Positions 1-7,809 of a DNA stretch of 25,975 nucleotides are shown here, in pieces. Position numbers and translations under genes: made by a program. Position 1 is the first letter of the stretch, and each line of letters begins with the position of its first letter. Location: NCBI RefSeq assembly GCF_004365815.1, contig NZ_SODD01000037.1, positions 1-25,975 on the forward strand, given 5' to 3'. The notes below the pieces were generated by a model, which saw nothing but the letters and a program-made list of their open reading frames with translations, had not been told where the DNA came from and ran no database searches. Origin of the DNA: Breznakia blatticola (GTDB lineage Bacteria; Bacillota_I; Bacilli_A; Erysipelotrichales; Erysipelotrichaceae).

Positions 1-95
1 TTATGGTAACGATTCTTAATATTATTTTTACAATTTCTATTATGAATCTAAATCCACGTTTAGACAACTTAGGGGGTCACTTCATATTATCTTAA

Positions 96-407
96 CTATT
101 TCTTAGATAGTTCCTTGTATAATATAATCATTTCTTTTATTAAATCAATTGCCAACATACTTGTCATTAAATGATCTTGTGAATGCACCAATAGTACATT
201 TACTTGTGTTGATACGCCTTTTGCTTCATTAATTAATAAATCAGTTTGTCCTTGATGTGACAAAGTAACTTCTTTTTCACTTTCTGCTATCAACACATCT
301 GCTTCTGTAAAATCATGAGTTTTTGCTTTTGCTAAGGCTTCGAATGCAAGTCTGCGTGCTTCTCCGGCATGAGCAATTAAAGTCATTGAAACGGTTTCAA
401 TATCCAT
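96..407 (-). CDS. PTS EIIA component, lactose/cellobiose (type 3) family, 103 aa
   Basis: The size is about 100 aa and the sequence is helical. The signature around the phosphorylatable His (LLVHSQDHLMT) matches the H-x-Q-D-H motif of ChbA/LicA/LacF-type EIIA. A GGAG sits 10 nt upstream of the ATG at 407. Confidence 0.85.
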   Translation of the reverse strand: MDIETVSMTLIAHAGEARRLAFEALAKAKTHDFTEADVLIAESEKEVTLSHQGQTDLLINEAKGVSTQVNVLLVHSQDHLMTSMLAIDLIKEMIILYKELSKK

Positions 408-439
408 ATTCTATACACTCCTCTCGTGATAAAATCTCA

Positions 440-470
440 CTTATAATGGAAATCATTTCCTATCGGTCGA
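440..470 (-). promoter_or_regulatory. Candidate sigma-A promoter for the EIIA gene (TCGACC-18-TTATAA) with a 13-bp perfect palindrome GGAAAT-C-ATTTCC (448-460) inside the spacer
   Basis: The palindrome is read directly. The hexamers are weak, so the promoter call is tentative. No TGGCAC-N5-TTGC sigma-54 element is present anywhere in 408-744. Confidence 0.3.
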
Positions 471-563
471 CCATTGATATGAATTAATTCTTTCCTTATG
501 TGCAAAGTTTATTAAAATACTAGCACTTTATCAACCTTCTATTTTATTGATTATTTTTTCTTA

Positions 564-699
564 TTTATACACATTAACAGTAGTTTATACACTATTGATA
601 ATTTAGTGATATGTATAATAACATGACTACTGCACATTTATGTTTTATATAATCCTCAACATATATTATCTTCAATAAACATTCATACACTTCATACAC
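564..699. repeat. Repeated ATACAC-core motif: TTTATACAC at 564-572 and 584-592 (20 bp apart); a perfect tandem TTCATACAC x2 at 682-699; a fifth copy at 413-418
   Basis: Direct reading of the 337-bp intergenic region between the LevR-type regulator and the EIIA gene. Confidence 0.6.
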
Positions 700-732
700 T
701 AAATAAAAAGAAAAGACATAATAATTATGTCT
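700..732 (-). terminator. Rho-independent terminator after the LevR-type regulator gene
   Basis: Near-perfect palindrome AGACATAAT-A-ATTATGTCT (714-732), followed on the minus strand by TTTCTTTTTATTT. It lies 13 nt downstream of the stop at 745. Confidence 0.6.
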
Positions 733-744
733 CTCTACTAAATC

Positions 745-3363
745 TTAAATTTTCTTAATAATACGAATAAGATTTTCTAATTCTTCATCCTTGTACTTAA
801 TATCAAAATAATTTTCTATTGGTTTCAAAATATCGTGTAAATCATTTAGAATCGTTTTATTCTTCATTAATATCCTTGTATCATCTTTTGATATTGGTAT
901 ACTTTCATTCGATGTCAGTCGATTAATCGAGCCAGCTAAATGCATAAAAATTCCGACCCTTTGATCTTGATTCAATGAATACTTTTCATTTATCTGACCT
1001 ATTATACTAGGTAAAATACGCTTAATTCCATCAATATCAAGTCCCGGTAGTTCTTCCTTTAAATTATTACAAATTCTTGTATATTCCATTTTACCTTTCA
1101 TTGCTATTTCCACTCCACCAATTGATAATAACATTGTTAGTTTACTTGCTGGTAGTGAGAATAACTGTGCCACAGATATAAATGGAATATTATGTAGTTG
1201 TGGATTTTCTGTTCCTATGATATATAAAATATTATGCATTTCTCTTAAATGATTAATACTATCTATTAACTGTTTTGTATTATTCATAGCTAAAGGAATT
1301 ACTTCAGCATTTTCAATATCTAAATGTTTATCAAGATATTGTTTAATCTGAATTGCTCCTCCTTCACCAGTCATACAAAGTGCTACAATTATGTTTTTCA
1401 TCGACATTCGTTTATAGTTTTCCATTACATAAGGATAATAGCTTTCATAAGTTAATTTCAAATCATCTAATATTTCTGTAACATTATTTTTCATCGTTAT
1501 CTTTCTTGCACACTCCAATGCCAGCAGTGTAGTTGGTGATACTAAGAAATGTATATTTATACCTGTTTCTTTAGCAATAGTCTCTCCCATTGTCTTTAAT
1601 GAACCCATATCATACATCATCAACACTTCGCGTCCATTACTAATGTCAATTAGTAATGCTTTTAACTCCTCATAAGCATCATGTATATCCATATCCAATA
1701 ATAAATCATATGCATATACTTGATCAGATTTCGTCAGTGAGGAAACCACATCCACCAATGATGATGCAGTAGATTCTCCATGCATTGCAATTAAGAACAC
1801 TGGGTATTCACTTTTAATTTCATCTCTATTTCTTTGAATTAGAAACATTGTTACTAAAGCTGATTCATCATCATATAATTGAACTTGAAATTCCTGTTCA
1901 AGTTTTTTTAGAAATTGTGCACTAAAATGATATTCTTCTTTATTACTTTTCATATCATCGATTATTTCTTTATTTAATTTACGACGATCATGTACCCGTT
2001 CAATCGCAAATGAAAGGTGTAAGCATAACCCATAAAGAACTGAGCTAGGATATACTTTCTTGAATTTTTCGGATGCTTCATCTAAAAACTGATCTGTCAG
2101 TTCAATGAGATGTTGATCTACAATTTTTGAAAGCGATTCTTTATCAATATTTTCTTTTTCAATACCTTGGGTGAATGTATATAAACGTTTTTCTAGATCT
2201 GAAGTTATAATAACCTCTATATCCTCCATATTTAGTCCTTTACTCTTTAAACTATTTGTTGTTTCTTCTACCCACTCATATACTGTTTTCGAATTTTTAT
2301 CTTCCTCTTTTACCTTTTCAACCTTATTATTTTCAAAACTATAGGTAGTATCCTGATTAATAAGTCTATTAATTTCCGGATAATTGTTTTTATATAAAAG
2401 TAACCCTTTTCGAATATATGATGGAAAATCTTCAAACAATAAATATAGACTATCTACATTACTTTGAAAACTTCTAGTATATGCATTTGCACACCCCATT
2501 CGTATATCGTCTTGCAGTTGTTTATAGTTACCACTGCAAGGATATAATAAAAGTCCATTTAATAAATAAGATTCAATATGAATCGGCTGCTTCATTTTAA
2601 TCGATTCATTTATTAACTGTTTTTGTATAAACTCAAATCTCTCAGAAAGTTTTTTCTTTTTCAAATTAGGTAATTCTATTTTAACTGGTATAAACTCTTT
2701 TAATCTGGAATCAATTGAATAATCCGAAGACATTATAAGAATAGTATTATAATCATTTGTTGCTTTTGATACCAAATCATAAATAGTTGTTTTCCATTCA
2801 TCTGGAACCAAATGAATATGATCAACAAACAGCACTCCATTTTCCGCAGATTTCAAAGCATTATTTTCAGATTCCATTAATGTATCTCTTAGACCTTTCA
2901 TATTATGAATAAAGTAATTACAGTTTATTTTTATATATGGAGAATCACTATTTATTATCACTTTCTCAACCACATAGTCATAAATTGTTTGTGCGAATCG
3001 ACTACTCCCACTCCCCTTTTCAGACATAAGTAAAATACTTAGGCGACCATCTGGATACATTACAGATGCTTTTGCTAATTGAATGGCATTTTTCAGACTA
3101 TTATTATAACCAATGAGTTGTTGGAAGCTTGTACTCTCTTCTCCATTGTGTGTAGATTGTCCTGAAAGTCGATATAAAACAGGGCGACCATTTATTTTAT
3201 CAAGAACTGATTCACTAACCAATTGATTCAAAATTGTAGAAACATTACTTCTTTGCATTTGCAGTTTTTCTGCTAAAAAAGTCGTTGAAAATTCAAACTC
3301 CCCTTCCATTCTTCCAGCAGTCTTTTGGATGACAGATAATATCATTTCTTTCTTACTCTTCAT
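745..3363 (-). CDS. LevR-type PRD-containing transcriptional regulator, 872 aa. Domain order: N-terminal HTH, degenerate sigma-54-interaction AAA+ domain, PRD, EIIA(Man)-like, EIIB(Gat)-like, PRD
   Basis: The domain order is recognisable from the translation. The winged-HTH is at residues 25-65. The AAA+ core is colinear with NtrC-type modules (LLMSEKGSGSS..., PYIKINCNYF, GVLFVDHIHLVP, LELPNLKKK..., YPCSGNYKQLQDDI). PRD-like helices carry His (LCLHLSFAIERVH; IFMHLAGSINRL). There is an EIIA-Man-like VFLIAMHGESTASS and an EIIB-Gat-like IIVALCMTGEGG. GAAGG lies 5 nt upstream of the ATG. Confidence 0.8.
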   Translation of the reverse strand: MKSKKEMILSVIQKTAGRMEGEFEFSTTFLAEKLQMQRSNVSTILNQLVSESVLDKINGRPVLYRLSGQSTHNGEESTSFQQLIGYNNSLKNAIQLAKASVMYPDGRLSILLMSEKGSGSSRFAQTIYDYVVEKVIINSDSPYIKINCNYFIHNMKGLRDTLMESENNALKSAENGVLFVDHIHLVPDEWKTTIYDLVSKATNDYNTILIMSSDYSIDSRLKEFIPVKIELPNLKKKKLSERFEFIQKQLINESIKMKQPIHIESYLLNGLLLYPCSGNYKQLQDDIRMGCANAYTRSFQSNVDSLYLLFEDFPSYIRKGLLLYKNNYPEINRLINQDTTYSFENNKVEKVKEEDKNSKTVYEWVEETTNSLKSKGLNMEDIEVIITSDLEKRLYTFTQGIEKENIDKESLSKIVDQHLIELTDQFLDEASEKFKKVYPSSVLYGLCLHLSFAIERVHDRRKLNKEIIDDMKSNKEEYHFSAQFLKKLEQEFQVQLYDDESALVTMFLIQRNRDEIKSEYPVFLIAMHGESTASSLVDVVSSLTKSDQVYAYDLLLDMDIHDAYEELKALLIDISNGREVLMMYDMGSLKTMGETIAKETGINIHFLVSPTTLLALECARKITMKNNVTEILDDLKLTYESYYPYVMENYKRMSMKNIIVALCMTGEGGAIQIKQYLDKHLDIENAEVIPLAMNNTKQLIDSINHLREMHNILYIIGTENPQLHNIPFISVAQLFSLPASKLTMLLSIGGVEIAMKGKMEYTRICNNLKEELPGLDIDGIKRILPSIIGQINEKYSLNQDQRVGIFMHLAGSINRLTSNESIPISKDDTRILMKNKTILNDLHDILKPIENYFDIKYKDEELENLIRIIKKI

Positions 3364-3415
3364 AACTACCTTCTTTCAATTTGCTCAAACAGACAAAACA
3401 TATCTATATAATAAT

Positions 3416-3444
3416 ACTATATTCGATAATTCTAGTTAATACAA
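3416..3444 (-). promoter_or_regulatory. Candidate sigma-A promoter TTGTAT-17-TATAGT for the regulator gene
   Basis: Hexamers and 17-nt spacing read on the minus strand, about 50 nt upstream of the ATG at 3363. Confidence 0.4.
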
Positions 3445-3451
3445 AACATTT

Positions 3452-3485
3452 TAAAAAACACAAGATTTTCATCTTATGTTTTTTG
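3452..3485 (-). terminator. Rho-independent terminator after guaA
   Basis: Minus-strand RNA ACAUAAGAU-GAAA-AUCUUGUGU (9 bp including one G-U, GAAA loop) followed by UUUUUU. It also has an A-run on the other side, so it looks bidirectional. Confidence 0.7.
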
Positions 3486-3518
3486 ACAGATATTTAATAA
3501 AAATAATTGCTTTTGATA

Positions 3519-4808
3519 TCATTCCCACTCAATTGTTCCCGTAGGTTTTGGTGTTAGATCATAAAGTACACGATTGACGTTTGGTACTTCTTTGACAATT
3601 CGATCGGTTACTTTCAATAAGACTTCCCAGTCTAGTAATTCAATTGTTGCTGTCATAGCATCAACTGTGTTTACTGCACGTAGAATTACTGGGTAATCAA
3701 ATGAACGTTCGTGGTTTTTAACTCCTACTGATTTAAAATCAGGTACAACTGTAAAGTATTGCCATACTTTTTTATCAAGTCCATATTTCGCAAATTCTTC
3801 TCTAAGAATTGCATCAGATTCACGGACTGCTTCTAAGCGTTCTTTTGTGATTGCTCCTAGACATCTTACACCTAGACCAGGACCAGGGAAAGGTTGTCTA
3901 AATACCATATGTTCAGGCAATCCTAGTTCAAGACCACATGCACGTACTTCATCTTTGAATAATTGATATAATGGTTCAATTAATTTGAACTTCATATCTT
4001 CTGGTAATCCACCAACGTTGTGGTGTGATTTTACTACTTTTGCAGTTTTTGTTCCACTCTCAACGATATCTGGATAGATCGTTCCTTGTGCAAGATAATC
4101 AATACCATCTAGTTTATTTGCTTCTTCATCGAACACTACAATAAACTCATTCCCGATGATTTTACGTTTTTCTTCAGGATCTGAAACACCATCTAATTTT
4201 GATAAGAAGCGCTCACTTGCATCTACATAAATCAAGTTTGCATCTAGTTGATTTCTAAATACTTCAACTACATCTTCTGATTCACCTTTACGCATTAATC
4301 CATGGTTTACGTGAACACAAACAAGTTGTTTTCCAATTGCTTTAATTAGTAATGCAGCCACAACTGAAGAATCAACTCCTCCAGATAACGCCAACAATAC
4401 TTTTTTATCTCCGACTTCATTTCGTACTCTTTCCACTTGGTCAGCTACGAAATTTTTCATATTCCATGTTTTTTCTGCTTTACATGTATCTAATACAAAT
4501 GTTGAAAGTTCTGCTTCTGTAGGATAGTGATTAAGTCCATCCACTTTACTTGTTGGATGTTCAATCGCCATAATTGGTACACCAATTGAATAGATTTCAT
4601 CATTTACATCAACAGCTTGTCCATCAACGATACGGTTTTCTCCACCATTAAGAATAATTCCTTTTACATTTGGTAAAGCTAGGATTTCTTCTTTTGTGAT
4701 ATCGTGTGGATAGATTTCGCTATACACACTTAACGCACGTATATCACGTGCTAATGTCGTATTTTCTGTACTCCCTAAATCGAGTATTACAATCATATCT
4801 TGCTTCAT
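3519..4808 (-). CDS. guaA: GMP synthase with intact ATP-pyrophosphatase and dimerisation domains but a truncated, catalytically dead GATase domain, 429 aa
   Basis: P-loop SGGVDSS, then HHNVGGLPE, FRQPFPGPGLGVR and a C-terminal ...KPTGTIEWE are typical of GuaA. The N-terminal 80 aa align to class I GATase (IVILDLGS..., KGIILNGG). At the nucleophile elbow the sequence is PIMAIEHP instead of P-[VI]-L-G-I-C-Y-G. About 85-95 aa, including the His/Glu of the triad, are missing. AAGGGG lies upstream of the ATG. Confidence 0.85.
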   Translation of the reverse strand: MKQDMIVILDLGSTENTTLARDIRALSVYSEIYPHDITKEEILALPNVKGIILNGGENRIVDGQAVDVNDEIYSIGVPIMAIEHPTSKVDGLNHYPTEAELSTFVLDTCKAEKTWNMKNFVADQVERVRNEVGDKKVLLALSGGVDSSVVAALLIKAIGKQLVCVHVNHGLMRKGESEDVVEVFRNQLDANLIYVDASERFLSKLDGVSDPEEKRKIIGNEFIVVFDEEANKLDGIDYLAQGTIYPDIVESGTKTAKVVKSHHNVGGLPEDMKFKLIEPLYQLFKDEVRACGLELGLPEHMVFRQPFPGPGLGVRCLGAITKERLEAVRESDAILREEFAKYGLDKKVWQYFTVVPDFKSVGVKNHERSFDYPVILRAVNTVDAMTATIELLDWEVLLKVTDRIVKEVPNVNRVLYDLTPKPTGTIEWE

Positions 4809-4821
4809 GTCATTCCCCTTA

Positions 4822-6012
4822 TTATTCTGTATAGTTATCGAAGTATCCTTGAATTAGGACAACTGGTGTTCCTTTATCTCCAGAACCGCTTGTTAAGTCA
4901 CTTAATGAACCAATAAGGTCGGTTAATTGACGAGGTGTTGTTCCTTGACTTGCCATATCACCAGTTAAATCTTCATCTTTTTCTTTAATTCTTGTTTTAA
5001 TTGCTTCTTTTAATTCTTCACCATTTAAGTCCTTGAAATCATTATCGGCTAAGTATTTCAACTTTACTTCATTTGGTGTTCCTTTTAATCCACTTGTGTA
5101 TCCTGGTGAAACGACAGGGTCTGCAAGTTCCCAAATTTTTCCTTGAGGATCTTTGAAAGCACCATCGCCATACACCATAACTTCAATATGTTTTCCCGTT
5201 TTATCTTTAATTTGTTTTTGGATATCTTCCACTAATTGTTGTGAATTGTTAGGGAATAATTTAATTGTATCTTCAGTTGCTTTATTTGAACCAAGTAATC
5301 CATATTCTGTATTAAATCCACTTCCATCAACCGGTGCATTTAATATATCATCCATTCCTAGAATACGGTTTCCACCGTTTTCTTTTAAGATACGTTTTGT
5401 TCTTTGACGCGTGTGAATATCACATGTTAATACATCTTTTGTATAATCTAAAATCACTTTTGGGTTGTTGGCAAAAATGATTTCACATGCACAGTCTTCA
5501 CTTTCGATTAGTTCTTTGTAGTAACTAATGTAGTCAACACCTGTAAACTCATGTACTTCATAGCCAAATAATTCACGGTATTGTTCAAGTGATAATACAT
5601 CACTGTATGGATTTACATTTGCTGCATCCAATTGTTCATACGTAAGTAGTCCGTTTCCAACTTCATCACTTGGATACGATAACATTAAGACAATTTTCTT
5701 TGCCCCTCTTGCCATTCCTTTTAAACAAATAGAGAAACGGTTTCTTGAAAGAATTGGAAACATTACCCCAATTGTTTCTCCACCTAATTTCGTTTGTACA
5801 TCTTTTGCGATTGCATCAACGGTTGCATAGTTTCCTTGCGCTCTTGCGACAATCGACTCTGTCACCGAAATTACATCATTTTCACGAATTGATAAACCAA
5901 TGCTATTTATTGATTCCAGTGCACTATCAACAACGATACTTGCTAAATCATCACCTTCACGAATAATTGGGCATCGTACCCCCATTGAGATTGTTCCAAT
6001 TTTTCTATCCAT
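4822..6012 (-). CDS. CofE-like protein (F420-0:gamma-glutamyl ligase family fold), 396 aa from the internal ATG
   Basis: The N-terminus (VRCPIIREGDDLASIVV...ENDVISVTESIVARAQG) and C-terminus (VMVYGDGAFKD..., DLTSGSGDKGTPVVLIQGY) align with motifs I recall from archaeal CofE (LPLIKEGDDLAELI, VVCSTVISKAEG, LLMGEGGDGIPAVVVRG). The start is set at M8 (MDRKIG) because AGAGGA lies 6 nt upstream. The stop is only 13 nt upstream of the guaA ATG. Confidence 0.65.
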   Translation of the reverse strand: MDRKIGTISMGVRCPIIREGDDLASIVVDSALESINSIGLSIRENDVISVTESIVARAQGNYATVDAIAKDVQTKLGGETIGVMFPILSRNRFSICLKGMARGAKKIVLMLSYPSDEVGNGLLTYEQLDAANVNPYSDVLSLEQYRELFGYEVHEFTGVDYISYYKELIESEDCACEIIFANNPKVILDYTKDVLTCDIHTRQRTKRILKENGGNRILGMDDILNAPVDGSGFNTEYGLLGSNKATEDTIKLFPNNSQQLVEDIQKQIKDKTGKHIEVMVYGDGAFKDPQGKIWELADPVVSPGYTSGLKGTPNEVKLKYLADNDFKDLNGEELKEAIKTRIKEKDEDLTGDMASQGTTPRQLTDLIGSLSDLTSGSGDKGTPVVLIQGYFDNYTE

Positions 6013-6102
6013 TACGTTTCCTCTTTTCTTCATTCATTTATAACATCTTTATTATAATAGAAATTAGTCCAAAGAAGTAAAAAAAATGCAGAAATTTCAT
6101 GA

Positions 6103-6137
6103 TAAAGAAAAAATGCACACAAGATTGCATGCATTTT
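6103..6137 (-). terminator. Probable rho-independent terminator after guaB
   Basis: AAAATGCA (6110-6117) pairs with TGCATTTT (6130-6137) around a 12-nt loop. On the minus strand it is followed by UUUCUUUAU. Alternative TGCA/TGCA pairings exist, so its strength is uncertain. Confidence 0.45.
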
Positions 6138-6142
6138 ATGAG

Positions 6143-7657
6143 TTAATCGTTTTTATTTGTATAGTTTCCTTCTTTAACCACAACATCGTGTGCTCCACCT
6201 TCAACTAATGAAGTTGCAGAAACTAATGTAATTTTTGCTTTTTCTTGAAGTTCAGGAATCGTTAATGCTCCACAGTTACACATTGTATGTTTGATTTTGC
6301 TTAATGTTAAGCTTACATTATCCTTCAAACTACCTGCATAAGGAACATATGAGTCAACACCTTCCACAAATGAAAGACCTTCTTCTTCTCCACCTGTGTC
6401 ATAACGTTGCCAGTTACGTGCTCTTGCACTTCCTTCTCCCCAGTATTCCTTCATGTATTGTCCATTTACGTTAATTTTCTTTGTTGGACTTTCATCAAAT
6501 CTTGAGAAGTAACGACCTAACATAATAAAGTCAGATCCCATTGCTAAAGCAAGTGTCATGTGATAGTCATGAACAATTCCACCATCACTACAAATTGGAA
6601 CATATACTCCAGTTTCAGCATAGTATTCATCACGTGCACGTGCTACTTCTTGAAGTGCAGTTGCTTGTCCACGTCCAATTCCTTTTTGTTCGCGGGTAAT
6701 ACAAATACTACCACCACCGATACCTACTTTAATGAAGTCAGCACCAGCTTCTGCTAGAAAACGGAATCCTTCACGGTCTACAACGTTACCAGCTCCACAT
6801 TTTACTGTATCTCCATAGTTTTCTTGAATCCATTTTAAAGTTAAACGTTGCCATTCGGAGAACCCTTCACTTGAGTCGATACATAATACATCTGCTCCAG
6901 CTTTTACTAAAGCAGGAACACGTTCAGCATAATCTCTTGTGTTGATTCCAGCACCAACAACATAACTTTTGTCGCTATCCAATAATTCATTTGGATTTTC
7001 TTTGTGAGAATCGTAGTCTTTACGGAATACGAAATATTTAAGACGTTGATTATCGTCAATAATTGGAAGGGCGTTTAATTTATTATCCCAAATAATATCA
7101 TTTGCTTCAGATAAAGAGATTCCATCTTTTCCTGTAATCAATTTTGCAAATGGTGTCATAAATGACTCGATTTTCGTTGTTTTATCCATACGTGAAACAC
7201 GGTAATCACGACTGGTTACAACACCAACCATTTTCCCTTCAGCTGTACCATCTTCTGTAATTGCGATCGTACCATGCCCATTTTTCTTTTTCAATGCGAT
7301 AACATCTGCCAACGTATCCGTTGGTTTTAAGTTTGAATCACTTGGCACAAATCCAGCTTTTGTTGCTTTAACTTTGGCAACCATTGCTGCTTCTTCTTCA
7401 ATGGTTTGTGATCCATAAATAAAAGAGATTCCTCCCTCTTTTGCTAATGCAACAGCCATTTCATCACCTGAAACAGATTGCATAATTGCACTTACCATTG
7501 GAATATTCATAGTAATTGCAGATTCTTCCCCTTTTTTGAATTTCACAAGAGGGGTTTTCAATGTTACATTTTCTGGAGTTGACTCAGTACTTGAGTATCC
7601 AGGAACTAATAAGTATTCACTAAACGTACGTGATGGTTCTTTAAAATAAAACGCCAT
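6143..7657 (-). CDS. guaB: IMP dehydrogenase with CBS pair, 504 aa from the internal ATG
   Basis: Active-site loop [23 protein letters not shown], a CBS region ([12 protein letters not shown]) and NWQRYD. With the start at MAFYF (GGAGG 5 nt upstream) the catalytic Cys falls at residue 319 and the Arg-Tyr at 418-419. Confidence 0.9.
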   Translation of the reverse strand: MAFYFKEPSRTFSEYLLVPGYSSTESTPENVTLKTPLVKFKKGEESAITMNIPMVSAIMQSVSGDEMAVALAKEGGISFIYGSQTIEEEAAMVAKVKATKAGFVPSDSNLKPTDTLADVIALKKKNGHGTIAITEDGTAEGKMVGVVTSRDYRVSRMDKTTKIESFMTPFAKLITGKDGISLSEANDIIWDNKLNALPIIDDNQRLKYFVFRKDYDSHKENPNELLDSDKSYVVGAGINTRDYAERVPALVKAGADVLCIDSSEGFSEWQRLTLKWIQENYGDTVKCGAGNVVDREGFRFLAEAGADFIKVGIGGGSICITREQKGIGRGQATALQEVARARDEYYAETGVYVPICSDGGIVHDYHMTLALAMGSDFIMLGRYFSRFDESPTKKINVNGQYMKEYWGEGSARARNWQRYDTGGEEEGLSFVEGVDSYVPYAGSLKDNVSLTLSKIKHTMCNCGALTIPELQEKAKITLVSATSLVEGGAHDVVVKEGNYTNKND

Positions 7658-7683
7658 AATTACCTCCATTTTTCTTTGTATTA

Positions 7684-7711
7684 ATTATAAGGGTTTAAAA
7701 GTTAAAGTCAA
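7684..7711 (-). promoter_or_regulatory. Sigma-A promoter TTGACT-16-TATAAT for guaB
   Basis: Near-consensus hexamers (-10 at 7684-7689, -35 at 7706-7711), about 27 nt upstream of the ATG at 7657. Confidence 0.65.
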
Positions 7712-7809
7712 CCGAACTTGAAAAGAGTTTTCATAAATTTTCATAACTCCATTTTTTCCTATTATTTTGTGTATTTTTCGTATGTATTTTATAAAGAAAA
7801 AGAGCAGAA

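Noticed and set aside
1-95. A possible start of a further minus-strand gene (TTG at 66-68, LSKRGFRFIIEIVKIIL...) and a small hairpin TCTAAA/TTTAGA (47-64) downstream of the EIIA gene.
   Set aside because: There is no SD upstream of the TTG, the fragment is too short to recognise, and the hairpin has no U-run. I cannot support either call from 95 nt at the window edge.
408-744. I searched for a sigma-54 (-24/-12, TGGCAC-N5-TTGC) promoter upstream of the PTS EIIA gene, as expected for LevR-type control.
   Set aside because: Neither strand has a match. The closest strings (TGCAAAGTTTATT, TAGCAC) lack the GG/GC spacing. This is consistent with the degenerate AAA+ domain of the regulator.
7719-7733. 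A possible CcpA cre site (TGAAAAGAGTTTTCA) upstream of guaB, with similar TGAAAA strings near pulA (about 21374-21387) and in the PTS intergenic region.
   Set aside because: cre is a 14-mer with a central CG (TGWAANCGNTNWCA). These sites have a 3-nt spacer or lack the central CG. The 7719-7733 palindrome is kept only as an unexplained palindrome.
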